In this document: piece by piece, positions 9,481-18,757 of the stretch
How the letters are laid out: every line of letters starts with the position of its first letter
Numbering within the stretch: position 1 is the stretch's first letter
Assembly (NCBI RefSeq): GCF_027594745.1
Contig: NZ_CP110854.1
Location: 988,241 to 1,052,240 of the forward strand
Length of the DNA: 64,000 bases
Direction of reading: 5' to 3'
Source of the DNA: Saprospira grandis
GTDB taxonomy: Bacteria > Bacteroidota > Bacteroidia > Chitinophagales > Saprospiraceae
Notes under the pieces: generated by a model
Seen by the model: only the letters and a program-made list of their open reading frames with translations
Told to the model about the DNA's origin: nothing
The model's database searches: none
Translations under genes and position numbers: made by a program

Positions 9481-9713
9481 AAGGATAAAATGGGCTTTTT
9501 AGGGCCTTGGTCTTAATTTGTAGCTCATATTATCGCTTTTTGATGACATTAGCGAGTTTTTTAAGCAAAAAAAGGGGATTTTTTCTTACTGCTTAGAAAA
9601 AGAAAGGCAAAAAATCGAAAGGCTGCTATATTTAGCTTCTAAGCGCCTATAGTTAAACTGTAGTAGGGTCGGTCCAGAAAAAAAAGATAGTACATTCTAG
9701 ATACGCCCGGAGG

Positions 9714-10030
9714 AGTTTTGCATTTGCAAATTAGCTCTGAACAACTGTATAGAGCTGTTTTGCATTTGCAGATTAGCTCCGGGGATTCCCCAGAGCTGTT
9801 TTGCAGTTGCAGATTAGCTCTGAACAACTGTATAGAGCCGTTCTGCAGTTGCAGATTAGCTCTGAACAACTGTATAGAGCTGTTCTGCAGTTGCAGATTA
9901 GCTCCGGGGATTCCCCAGAGCCGTTTTGCAGTTGCAGATTGCCTCTGAACAACTGTATAGAGCCGTTTTGCAGTTGCAGATTAGCTCTGGGGATTCCCTA
10001 GGGCCGTTTGTAAGCTGCAGCAGTGCCCTA
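9714..10030. repeat. Tandem array of about 7.5 units with a period of about 42 bp: a 23-bp core plus two alternating 19-bp inserts
   Basis: The core gttttgcagttgcagattagctc alternates with tgaacaactgtatagagcy or cggggattccccagagcy. The inserts are not unique, so this is not a CRISPR array. Confidence 0.8.
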
Positions 10031-10094
10031 AGCTCTGGTTTTTGGCCTATTTGTGGCTGAAGAGCTAGGCGATACGGTTGTTTCTCTCTAAAAA

Positions 10095-10362
10095 AACCGC
10101 CAACAGCTCCCCTGAGGGATTCCTTAGGGAATCCCGAGGAGGGGCGGGTGGGCGGGGTCGTGAAAACGAATGAGGAGCGCAGCGACGAATACCGCTTTTT
10201 GCGAAGGCCCGCAGGGCCGCTGAGGGCCCAGCGCTGCGGAGTGGGTGGCCGAAGGCCAGACCGAAGCAGGCGAAGCCTGCGCAGGGCCGAGCGAGCAGCG
10301 AGCCCCGCAGCATAGCGGCGGCCGCCCGCCCTTTTTGGGGCGGCCGCGGGCCCCAAAAACAT
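10095..10362. repeat. GC-rich composite intergenic hairpin repeat
   Basis: Contains the agggattccttagggaatccc palindrome, gtggccgaaggccagaccgaagc, gcagggccgagcgagcagcgagcc and ggccccaaaaac. Confidence 0.7.
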
Positions 10363-10463
10363 AAAAATCAAAATAAACTTTCCTTTAAATCATAACAGAA
10401 TGCCCGCATCCCTTTGACGATTCTGTATCTTAGGAGCTCATTCAGCAAAACAAACCATCGCTT

Positions 10464-11696
10464 ATGCGTCAACTTATTTCATGGGCCTTTGTCCTGGCCC
10501 TACCGGCTTGTCTTTGGAGCCAAGACCTTGGTCAAGAACTGCAAAAACTAGAAGCCCAAAAGCAAAGCCTAGACGAACAAAAAGCCGCCCTTATTGAGCA
10601 AATTGAAAGCGTCCGCCTACAGAAGATTCGAGCCGACTTGAAAAAAGTAGGTTTGCCAAAAAATGGCGTAGCAGGGGAACTGGTAGAGCATGCCGCCATG
10701 ATTCTGAACTATTCCGAGGCCCATGAACAGGCCGCTTGGGTGGCCCATATTATTCCGCCTGCCATGATGGAAGGCAACCTGAGCCGAACCAATGACTTTA
10801 GAGCAGATGAGCTAGTCAGTACAGGAACGGCGGTAAAAGCCGACTACTGGTATAGTGGTTATGACCGTGGGCATTTGGCCCCTTCTGCGGATTTCCGCTG
10901 GTCCAAAACAGCCATTAGTGAGTCCTATTATTACTCTAACATGAGCCCCCAATTGCCCGAATTTAACCGAGAGGGCTGGGCCGATTTGGAGCGCTGGGTC
11001 CGAGGCGCTGTCTTTTCTCACAAACGCTCTATGTTGGTCATTACTGGCCCTATTTTGAAAGAGGGCTTGCCGCAAATTACGCAAGGCCCCAATAAAGTGA
11101 GCATTCCCGAAGCCTTTTTCAAGGTGGTTTTGGACCTAGAGGCCGAGCAGCCCAAGGCTATCGGTTTTATCATGAAAAATGGCAGCTGCAACAACCCCAC
11201 AATCAGCTATGCCGTCTCGGTAGATGAGGTAGAGGCCCAAACGGGCTTAGATTTCTTTAGCAATTTGCCCGAAGAGGAAGAAAAACGCCTAGAAGCCATG
11301 AAGGACCCTTCTAGCTGGGAAAAAACGACGGAAGGTCGCTTGGCCGATGTTCCTCCCCTCAGCAATGAGGAATTGCCCAAAGATTGTATCAGCACCGCCG
11401 ATGCCCCCGTCTTTATGAACCAAAAAGCCTGCGTTTGCGGCACGGTCGTATCCACCAAGAAAACCAAGTCGGGCTCTGTCTTTATCAATCTGGACACAAA
11501 ATTTCCCAACCAGATTTTTTCCGTAACCATCTGGGGCAAGGACATCAAGCATTTTTCTTATTCGCCAGAGACGGAACTCTATGGCAAGCAAATTTGTGTA
11601 AAGGGGAAAATTACAGATTATAAAGGGACCCCAACCATGAATATCACTCATGAAAAGAAGGTGGAATTTATGGAGGAGATGCCAGATAAGAAGTAG
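10464..11696 (+). CDS. Secreted DNA/RNA non-specific endonuclease (Serratia NucA family) with a C-terminal extra domain
   Basis: A signal peptide is present, and the DRGHLAP active-site motif with the ..NMSPQ..FN motif (N of the catalytic Mg site) is seen. 410 aa. Confidence 0.85.
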   Translation: MRQLISWAFVLALPACLWSQDLGQELQKLEAQKQSLDEQKAALIEQIESVRLQKIRADLKKVGLPKNGVAGELVEHAAMILNYSEAHEQAAWVAHIIPPAMMEGNLSRTNDFRADELVSTGTAVKADYWYSGYDRGHLAPSADFRWSKTAISESYYYSNMSPQLPEFNREGWADLERWVRGAVFSHKRSMLVITGPILKEGLPQITQGPNKVSIPEAFFKVVLDLEAEQPKAIGFIMKNGSCNNPTISYAVSVDEVEAQTGLDFFSNLPEEEEKRLEAMKDPSSWEKTTEGRLADVPPLSNEELPKDCISTADAPVFMNQKACVCGTVVSTKKTKSGSVFINLDTKFPNQIFSVTIWGKDIKHFSYSPETELYGKQICVKGKITDYKGTPTMNITHEKKVEFMEEMPDKK

Positions 11697-11697
11697 G

Positions 11698-11872
11698 ATT
11701 TGGGGCTGCCCCTCGCCTATCGGCTCGGGTCGGGCCATTGCGCAGCTCGCTACTCGCTCGGCCCTGCAGGCTTTTTCGCTTCGCTACAAAAGCCTTTGGT
11801 CTGCCGCCTTCGGCGGCCCTGCTACAGCCCCTCAGCCTGCGGCCCTTCGGGCCTGTCCCATCCAAAAAAATC
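11698..11872. repeat. GC-rich composite intergenic hairpin repeat
   Basis: Contains ttggggctgcccctcgc, cgcagctcgctactcgctcggccctgcagg and cgccttcggcggccctgc. Confidence 0.65.
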
Positions 11873-11882
11873 AATCCATCGC

Positions 11883-12689
11883 ATGAATTACCAAGAACAA
11901 TTTGCGGCCAATAAGGCTGTTTGGGAGCAAAGAGCGGCTTTGCATCCAGAAACTGAGTTTTATCAGCAAGATGCTTTTATGCAAGGGCAAACGAGTCTGC
12001 AGTCTATAGAGCTCTCCTTATTGGAGGCCGACTTATCGGGCAAAAGAGTCTTGCACCTACAATGTCATTTTGGGCAAGATAGTCTGTCTTTGGCCCGTAT
12101 GGGCGCAGAAGTCGTGGGCCTAGACCTCTCCGAAACCGCCATTGCCAAGGCCCAAAGCCTAGCCAAAGCGCTCAATCTCAATGCCCGTTTTTACCAAGGC
12201 AATGTACTAGACGCTCAAGAGATTTTGGCCCAAGAAGCCCCCTTTGATCTCATCTTTTGTTCTTATGGGGTCGTCTATTGGCTGCCCGATCTGCTGCAAT
12301 GGGGCCAAGAAATAGGGCCCTTACTCAAAAAAAGCGGAGAATTTATGCTGGTCGAGTTTCACCCTATCGTCTGGATGTTTGATGACAACTTTAGCTATAT
12401 CCAATATAGCTACTTTGACCAAGGTGCTATTGAAACCGAAGAGGAGGGCAGCTATGCCAAGCGAGAAGCCGAGATCTCAGGAAAATCTTATGGCTGGAAC
12501 CACAGCCTTTCCGAAATGACCGCTGCCTTAACCGAAGGCGCAGGCTGGCAACTCAGTTACCTCAAAGAATATAAGTTTTCGCCTTACAATTGCTTTAATA
12601 ATACCGTAGCTCACCCCAAAGGCTATCAAATCAAAGGCCTAGAGGATAAAATCCCTATGGTGTTTGCTTTGGGGGCCAAACGGCCCTAG
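11883..12689 (+). CDS. Class I SAM-dependent methyltransferase
   Basis: The motif-I region VLHLQCHFGQDSLSLARMGAEVVGLDLSE is present. I place the ATG at 11883 because the longer ORF from 11700 runs through the repeat element. Confidence 0.8.
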   Translation: MNYQEQFAANKAVWEQRAALHPETEFYQQDAFMQGQTSLQSIELSLLEADLSGKRVLHLQCHFGQDSLSLARMGAEVVGLDLSETAIAKAQSLAKALNLNARFYQGNVLDAQEILAQEAPFDLIFCSYGVVYWLPDLLQWGQEIGPLLKKSGEFMLVEFHPIVWMFDDNFSYIQYSYFDQGAIETEEEGSYAKREAEISGKSYGWNHSLSEMTAALTEGAGWQLSYLKEYKFSPYNCFNNTVAHPKGYQIKGLEDKIPMVFALGAKRP

Positions 12690-12697
12690 CGAAAATG

Positions 12698-12740
12698 CAA
12701 AAAGGGGCAGTCGCCAATGGCGACTGCCCCTTTTCTATTG
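12698..12740. terminator. Bidirectional rho-independent terminator
   Basis: The hairpin ggggcagtcgcc-aatg-gcgactgcccc carries flanking A-runs and T-runs. It lies between convergent genes. Confidence 0.65.
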
Positions 12741-12753
12741 GGCCAAAAATGAT

Positions 12754-13518
12754 TTAGTTGGCTAAGCCCACAATCAACTCTTGGTCAATACTCGCCTTTT
12801 CTGTAGGCAACTTATTGATTTGGACCAATTGCGTCATTGTCAGGCCGTACTTTTTAGCAATATCATAAAGATTTTCGCCTTGTCGGACCACATGCACCTT
12901 ATACTTCTTCCCTGATTTCTCATCGGTGCGGATATAAGGATTGGGATCTACATAACTTCCATCATTCACCACCTTAATTCGGCGGCCTCTATCAATAGTA
13001 GTCGAGTTTAGGCCATTGAGCCCCATGAGAACATCTACTCTTGTATTATATTTCTCGGCAATCTTATAGAGATTATCATTCTCTTGCACGATATAATAGT
13101 TAGGGTCATTATTGACCACAGCAGGCGTTTTTTCGCTTGTTTTCTTATTGGCAGAGCCCGCTTGTTTTTTTGTTTCGGCAGGGATGGGTTCTTCATCAAA
13201 AGGAGAGCGTAGTCCACCATGCATGACCCCCTTTCGAGCTTTTTGGTCTTCGGCAGAAGTCACTCCAGCTCTTTTCTTTTGCTCATCGGCTGACTTAGTT
13301 CCTCGGCTAGCGATACCATTTTCCTCCTGCATTTTTTGGTAGCAGACCGCTCGAATATGTTCGGGGATTGTTTTTTTGTCTATTCTTTTCAGTTGGAGGC
13401 TACCATTTGCTTGTTGGACCAGATAAAGCCCAATTCCCTCTAAGAAATAGAGATTTTCAGAAAGGCGGGCTTGCAGGCGGTCAAAAGAGCGAAACTGTCG
13501 CTGTTTGAGGCAGCCCAA
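12754..13518 (-). CDS. LysM-domain protein with two LysM repeats
   Basis: Two LysM-like segments are present: YYIVQENDNLYKIAEKYNTRVDVLMGLNGL and YKVHVVRQGENLYDIAKKYGLTMTQLVQINKL. The start is a TTG, and there is no ATG upstream in frame. Confidence 0.75.
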   Translation of the reverse strand: MGCLKQRQFRSFDRLQARLSENLYFLEGIGLYLVQQANGSLQLKRIDKKTIPEHIRAVCYQKMQEENGIASRGTKSADEQKKRAGVTSAEDQKARKGVMHGGLRSPFDEEPIPAETKKQAGSANKKTSEKTPAVVNNDPNYYIVQENDNLYKIAEKYNTRVDVLMGLNGLNSTTIDRGRRIKVVNDGSYVDPNPYIRTDEKSGKKYKVHVVRQGENLYDIAKKYGLTMTQLVQINKLPTEKASIDQELIVGLAN

Positions 13519-13644
13519 TTGGTCATTATCTACAAAAAGGACCTTTCCTTCAGGGGTAGCGTCTAGATCTTCGCCGCTATTGATTTGGTTGGCGGCATAG
13601 ACAAAGCTATGTCGGCGGTCCTTATAACTCAGTTGCTTATCATT

Positions 13645-14055
13645 TTAGGTATAGCTAGCAATCTGGCTCACCTGATGAATATGATAGCGTTTTGTTTGTT
13701 CATTATAAACGGCAATATTCACTGATTTTTTCAGGCTATTGACCTCTTGAATAAACTGCCCATTGATACTAGTTAGATCTGCACAGCCTAGGGCCTTTTG
13801 GGGAAGAGCTTCTAAGAGTTCGGCATTCAGGTTAGTGGTCTTTACCCTAAAGGCTAGCTTTTGTTTTGGGGAAACTTGCAACATAAAATCATGAAAGGCC
13901 GATTCTGTATATTTATCGACAGCCTGATATTCATATTCTTGCATACAATTGGCATCAAAAAGCAGAATATTTTCGCTAGAGGTTTGGGCTTGGGCGAGGC
14001 TAGCGCCTAGGGTGGCGGCAGCCAATAAAAAGGATTTCCAAAGACGTTTTTTCAT
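13645..14055 (-). CDS. Secreted hypothetical protein
   Basis: A signal peptide (MKKRLWKSFLLAAATLGASLAQAQ) begins at the internal ATG 14055. Confidence 0.6.
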   Translation of the reverse strand: MKKRLWKSFLLAAATLGASLAQAQTSSENILLFDANCMQEYEYQAVDKYTESAFHDFMLQVSPKQKLAFRVKTTNLNAELLEALPQKALGCADLTSINGQFIQEVNSLKKSVNIAVYNEQTKRYHIHQVSQIASYT

Positions 14056-14084
14056 AGTGCTAATTTTGTATGTGATGGGGAACT

Positions 14085-14729
14085 TTAGCTTAGCCAAAGC
14101 AGGCGAAGCCAAAACAATAAACCTGAAATAATTAGGCCAAAGCTAGCGACCCAACGTATTCGCTTCAACCAAAGTTCATTTAGCAATTGGCGGAGTCGGC
14201 TGGCCAGAAAAACTTTTAAAAAGTCGGTTAGGATGACCATCAGCATAATGGCCACACCAAAAAAGACGAGATCGGTTTGGCTGTAGCCTCTGCTGTAGGC
14301 CGTCCCGATACTAGTGAACCAAAAGAAGAGAGGAAAGGGGGTTAAGCTGTTAATTAGAAAGCCTTGTAGAAAATACTGTCCCGCTTGCTTATTGCTCAGG
14401 GGTTCTTCCTTTGTTTTGGCTTTGGGCAGGGGGCTAAACAGCAGCAACAGGCCTAAAAGAATAAGAAAAGCGCCGCCGCCTAAGCTCAGGTAAAACTCTA
14501 GGTCTTGCCCTAACTCACTTTCTTTGGTCCAAGAAATTAAGAACTTTGCTAAATAGCTACTAATACCAATATAAATAAAATCGCTGATCCATTGGCCAGC
14601 CACTAGAGCAATTCCTGAGCGACTGCCTTTTTCTATACTCACTTGTAGAATAGTAAAGAAAATGGGGCCGGTCATGATGCTAAGTAATAGGCCGAGGCCC
14701 AAACCTTCCAGAATCGCTTGCGTGAGCAT
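14085..14729 (-). CDS. LysE/RhtB family amino-acid exporter
   Basis: A 6-TM protein with the LysE-type N-terminus (GLGLLLSIMTGPIFFTILQVSIEKG). Confidence 0.8.
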   Translation of the reverse strand: MLTQAILEGLGLGLLLSIMTGPIFFTILQVSIEKGSRSGIALVAGQWISDFIYIGISSYLAKFLISWTKESELGQDLEFYLSLGGGAFLILLGLLLLFSPLPKAKTKEEPLSNKQAGQYFLQGFLINSLTPFPLFFWFTSIGTAYSRGYSQTDLVFFGVAIMLMVILTDFLKVFLASRLRQLLNELWLKRIRWVASFGLIISGLLFWLRLLWLS

Positions 14730-14877
14730 TATTAACTACTTTAATATAGATGATAAAAAAAGGGGAAGGGATGTATCGTTGCGCAAAGGTAGGCTTGTTT
14801 TCAGCTTTCCTTTGCCCTCTTTAGCAAAAAGGGATCAAAAAAGTTTGTTAAAAAAGCAGATTTTGGCCCAATTGCGT

Positions 14878-15031
14878 CTAGCAGGCGGCAAAGCCGCCGC
14901 AGGCTGAGCTGCCTGTAGGGGGGCCGAAGGCCAGACCGAAGGCGAAACGAAGTGTAGCCTGAAGGGCCGAGCAGAACTGCGAGCCCGAAAGGGAGCGACC
15001 CGAGCGAAGCGAAGGGGTAGCCCCAAAAAAA
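14878..15031. repeat. GC-rich composite intergenic hairpin repeat
   Basis: Contains ggcggcaaagccgccgcagg, ggccgaaggccagaccgaaggcgaaacgaagtgtagcctgaagggccgagcag and ccccaaaaaaa. Confidence 0.7.
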
Positions 15032-15035
15032 TCAT

Positions 15036-16286
15036 CTAGTTCTTATCTAAGGAGAAAAGCTGCCAATCATCATTTTTGCTTCGGCGATAGAGAAAATTCT
15101 TGCGGGGGCCCAGCTTAAAATGATAATCCTTGAGCGGGGCACATTCGCCCTCATGGTTGCATTCGTAATAAATGGGCAGGTCAAAGACCTGGATGCGCCA
15201 GGGCCCCTCTTTTTGTTCCTCGCAAAAATAAAGGGCCGTTTTTTGGCTATACTCCTCAAAATTTACGGCCACAAACAGGCAACTCAGTCGGCCATTTTTC
15301 TTGCGCCAAATCACGGTAGATAAGCCCTCTAGGGTAGAGAGTTGAGGCAAAAGAACCTGTTGTTTATCGGCATTAAAATCATAGAGTCGAAACTCATTGT
15401 GGGGATGGTCCATATACAGCAAATAATGCCCATCATTGGAGAGTGAAGTGATGGGCGAACAAAGCAGGGCATCATGAATATTTTTGGGCATTTTGATCAC
15501 ATGCCCCGCTATATCCTCTATAATATAAGCCTTGCAACCCTCCTCATGAGCCACCACCTCAAACAGGCGTTTTGCCCCCTTAAGTTTACCCACAACGCCG
15601 GCCTTATGGGCCTCTTCCTCCTCCTCATGCACATCTTCATCTAGGACTTTCTTAAACTCCTCAATGCCCTTATCCCAGCTAAATTCTAGCAAGTGATTAT
15701 GTCGGCCCTCAATGGTGCCACGCAGCAAAATATTGCCCTCAAAAAACTCTGGGGTCACCAAATAATCAATCCGCCTTTCGTGCAAGGGCAGGCCATATTT
15801 TTGGTCAAAAGAATCTACATGTTCCCACTGTTGTTGCAAGGGGAAGCTAAAAATTTCTTCTTGTCGAAGCGTATCAAAGGGATAGCGAAAAATGACCAGC
15901 TCCTTGCCCTGATAAGAGAGGTCAAAATCATAGTGCAAATAAACCAAGAGCTCCAAATTGCCGTCATAGGTCACATCCTCAAAATGCAGTTCTGTAATTT
16001 TGGCCTTTTGCTTATGCCTAAGAGAAATATGATGGCTATGCTCCCGAGCATTTTCGGCCCGAAACAAATAAATGGCCGGCAATTTATGCACCTTATTATA
16101 GGCCACCAACCAATGGTGCTCACTATCCTGCATCACCTGCTTAATCCCAATGCCCAAAGTATCTTTCAAGCGAAACTCTTTTTGAGCTCGCTGCTTGGCC
16201 TCGGCAATACTGAGCGAAAGCGGAGCATCACAGGCCCAAAAACTGCAAAAAAAGAGGCCAAAAACAAGATAATATAGAAAGCGCAT
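15036..16286 (-). CDS. Secreted hypothetical protein, 416 aa
   Basis: A long ORF with an N-terminal signal peptide (MRFLYYLVFGLFFCSFWA). No recognisable catalytic motifs. Confidence 0.6.
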   Translation of the reverse strand: MRFLYYLVFGLFFCSFWACDAPLSLSIAEAKQRAQKEFRLKDTLGIGIKQVMQDSEHHWLVAYNKVHKLPAIYLFRAENAREHSHHISLRHKQKAKITELHFEDVTYDGNLELLVYLHYDFDLSYQGKELVIFRYPFDTLRQEEIFSFPLQQQWEHVDSFDQKYGLPLHERRIDYLVTPEFFEGNILLRGTIEGRHNHLLEFSWDKGIEEFKKVLDEDVHEEEEEAHKAGVVGKLKGAKRLFEVVAHEEGCKAYIIEDIAGHVIKMPKNIHDALLCSPITSLSNDGHYLLYMDHPHNEFRLYDFNADKQQVLLPQLSTLEGLSTVIWRKKNGRLSCLFVAVNFEEYSQKTALYFCEEQKEGPWRIQVFDLPIYYECNHEGECAPLKDYHFKLGPRKNFLYRRSKNDDWQLFSLDKN

Positions 16287-16344
16287 AGACTAATTTATAT
16301 AGATAGGCGTTGGAGAAAGAGCTTCAAAAGAATGTTTATTTTAT

Positions 16345-16485
16345 TTTTTTGGGGCCTCCCGCCTGCGGCGGGCGCTACGTTTCGCAGCTCGCTGTTCGCT
16401 CGGCCCTGCGCCGCCTGCGGCGGCTGGGTCTGGCTTAACGGCCACTGCTGCACATCGCTAGGCCAAAAGCGCCTGGCCCCACAGA
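16345..16485. repeat. GC-rich composite intergenic hairpin repeat
   Basis: Contains ttttggggcctcccgcctgcggcgggcgctacgtttcgcagctcgctgttcgctcggccctgcg and ctgctgcacatcgctaggcc. Confidence 0.7.
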
Positions 16486-16732
16486 AAAAGCTCAGTTTTA
16501 AGTGGTTTCTCACCAACCATTAGAGCCTAGCCTCCGTTCTTAAACAAAATGGCCCCCTGGGGCCCTCTTCTTGATTCTATTAAAAAAGAACGTTATAGCG
16601 CAAACTCTACCACTTAATGAGAAGGCCTCTAAAATAGGGCAAAAAATCATTCTCAGTCCCCCCTAAGATGACCAAAAGCTGCAATTCTTGCATCTTGGTC
16701 AAAAAATCACCTTGCCAAAAGCAATTTATTGC

Positions 16733-17293
16733 ATGAGATATTCTAACAAAAGTACAGATAAAGAGCTCATCCAAGGCTGCCGCAAAGGCGACCGATTGGC
16801 CCAAAAGCATTTGTACGAAAAGTACTACGGACGAATGTATGGCATTGCTATGCGTTATACCAAAAACCAAGAGGAGGCGCTAGATATTCTTAACACCTCC
16901 TTTCTCAAGGTGTTTACCTCTTTAGACAAGTACAAAGACAGCAACAACCTTGCGGGTTGGATTGCCAAGATTGTCTTTAATAGTGCTATCGACCACGTTC
17001 GCCGAAATACCAAATACAAACAAGTCATTAACTATAATATAGAGAGAGATGGGGCCGTGCATAACGGCAGCTTGCAACAACTGCAGGCCGAGGACCTCTA
17101 CCGCTTAATTCAGCGCCTCCCCAATGCTAGCCGTAGCGTCTTCAACCTCTATGTAGTAGATGGCTATAAGCACAAGGAAATTGCAGAAATGCTCGGCATT
17201 TCGGTAGGGACCTCCAAATGGCATTTGGCCAATGCGCGCAAAGAACTTCGGGCCTTGCTCGAACAACAAAAGCGCTATGAAGCCGCCCGCTAA
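16733..17293 (+). CDS. ECF-subfamily RNA polymerase sigma-70 factor
   Basis: Sigma-70 region 2 (LYEKYYGRMYGIAMRYTKNQEEALDIL) and region 4 (HTH: KEIAEMLGISVGTSKWHLANARKELR) are present. Confidence 0.85.
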   Translation: MRYSNKSTDKELIQGCRKGDRLAQKHLYEKYYGRMYGIAMRYTKNQEEALDILNTSFLKVFTSLDKYKDSNNLAGWIAKIVFNSAIDHVRRNTKYKQVINYNIERDGAVHNGSLQQLQAEDLYRLIQRLPNASRSVFNLYVVDGYKHKEIAEMLGISVGTSKWHLANARKELRALLEQQKRYEAAR

Positions 17294-17351
17294 GTTGGCC
17301 CTATTTTTTGTACAAACATTATGAACCACCCAAAATAAATCGCTTTAGCAA

Positions 17352-18692
17352 ATGAAGCAGTTTTACGAACAAGATGATGATTTTATCCGCTCTCAGTTAG
17401 AAGGCCATCAGTTTGAGATGCCGCCTGCTGCTTGGGAAGATATGGACAAAAGGCTCGACCAAATCCAGCTAACGGGAGCCAAGGGCAGTTCTGCCTGGAG
17501 TAACTGGTTGGTGATGGGCGCTTTTGTGCTCGCTAGTGGAGCTGGCGTTTTGGCCTATCAATATTGTCTGCCCTTTTTAGGGATGCAAAAAAAGATGGCC
17601 CAAAAAGAAGCCCTCTTAGAAAAAGCAGCTGAGCCCCAGCTCATTCAACTGGAAGAGCGAGCAGCTGTAGCTAGCGCAGAGACGGAAGAAGTACTGCCTT
17701 TGGCAACGGCCAGCAATACGCCTCCTCCTCCCCCACCCCATAAAACAACTAAAGAAAAAATAGTAGCTAGTCCGGCCCCCAAGGCCCAAGAAGTTGTTCT
17801 TCTAGAAGAAGAGCAAACTCCTACAGAAAAGGGCCAGAATAAGCATCCTGAGGTCAAGCAAACGATTTTGCCCACTCGCTATGTTTTCTCGGCTAGTAGT
17901 AAAGCCAAAGCCGAGCAGCTGCGTGAGATTCAGCGTTTAGAAAACTTGTCTTTTTTAGAAAAGGGCAGTTTTCAGCAGCAGTTGCGCCATAGCCAAAAAA
18001 CGACTATTGATACGCCAATGATTGTTTTGGACCGTTATCGCAAGGGCGGCAAAAAGCTACAGCTATCGGCTAATTTGGGCCTCAATGCGCAAGGCAAAGC
18101 CTTAGGCGTTCAGGCAGGTATACAGCTAAGCAAAGAGCTAGATGCTCAGTTTTCACTAGAAGCGGGTTTGCAGTATAAGAATATGCAGCGGCTAGGCAGC
18201 CAAAGTGAAACGGCTAGATTGGAATGGAATGGCGAGCTCCAAGAGGAGCAAATTCAGACCATTAAGCGTTTAGAATTTTTGGAGCTGCCCGTTTTGCTCA
18301 ACTACAAACTGTTGCCCAAGCATCAGTTGCAGATGGGGGCAAAAGTTAGCTACCTCTTGCCCGTACAGATGACCAATGGTCAGCGTACTACAGATGATTT
18401 GGGCTTTAATAGTTGGTCTTCTGCGGCTGTTTTGGGCTATCATTACCAGCTTAATGAGCAATTAAAGTTGGGGGTACAATGCAATTTGGCCTTTGCCAAT
18501 TTGGCTAAAAACAGCCGACAAAAAGCGCATCAGGCCAGCCAAGAAGTATCGGCCCAATTGCTAGAAGAGGACAAGCTTCCGCAGGATGAATGTCTGTTGC
18601 CAGAGCAAAATGGCAATGAGCTAGAATTGAGCAGATTACCACATAAGTTATACAACAACGACCTATCTATTCAGCTACAATATCAGTTTTAG
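17352..18692 (+). CDS. Putative anti-sigma factor-like membrane protein
   Basis: It lies immediately downstream of the ECF sigma gene. A single TM helix (WLVMGAFVLASGAGVLAY) follows an N-terminal domain of about 50 aa. The C-terminal part is a Q/L-rich beta-strand-like domain ending ...QLQYQF (terminal aromatic, OMP-like). It is a paralog of 44565..46241. Confidence 0.55.
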   Translation: MKQFYEQDDDFIRSQLEGHQFEMPPAAWEDMDKRLDQIQLTGAKGSSAWSNWLVMGAFVLASGAGVLAYQYCLPFLGMQKKMAQKEALLEKAAEPQLIQLEERAAVASAETEEVLPLATASNTPPPPPPHKTTKEKIVASPAPKAQEVVLLEEEQTPTEKGQNKHPEVKQTILPTRYVFSASSKAKAEQLREIQRLENLSFLEKGSFQQQLRHSQKTTIDTPMIVLDRYRKGGKKLQLSANLGLNAQGKALGVQAGIQLSKELDAQFSLEAGLQYKNMQRLGSQSETARLEWNGELQEEQIQTIKRLEFLELPVLLNYKLLPKHQLQMGAKVSYLLPVQMTNGQRTTDDLGFNSWSSAAVLGYHYQLNEQLKLGVQCNLAFANLAKNSRQKAHQASQEVSAQLLEEDKLPQDECLLPEQNGNELELSRLPHKLYNNDLSIQLQYQF

Positions 18693-18710
18693 GTTAGAGA
18701 AGGCGAAACA

Positions 18711-18745
18711 AAAAAGACCTCCAGAATTGGAGGTCTTTTTTTTGG
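18711..18745 (+). terminator. Rho-independent terminator
   Basis: The hairpin agacctccag-aatt-ggaggtct is followed by a T8 run. Confidence 0.7.
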
Positions 18746-18757
18746 CCCAAGCCCAAG

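Noticed and set aside
9714-10030. Possible CRISPR array (regular 23-bp repeats with 19-bp intervening sequences)
   Set aside because: The 'spacers' are only two sequences that alternate and recur, one of which is itself palindromic. There is no leader or cas gene nearby, and the repeat is shorter than typical CRISPR repeats. I call it an ordinary tandem repeat.
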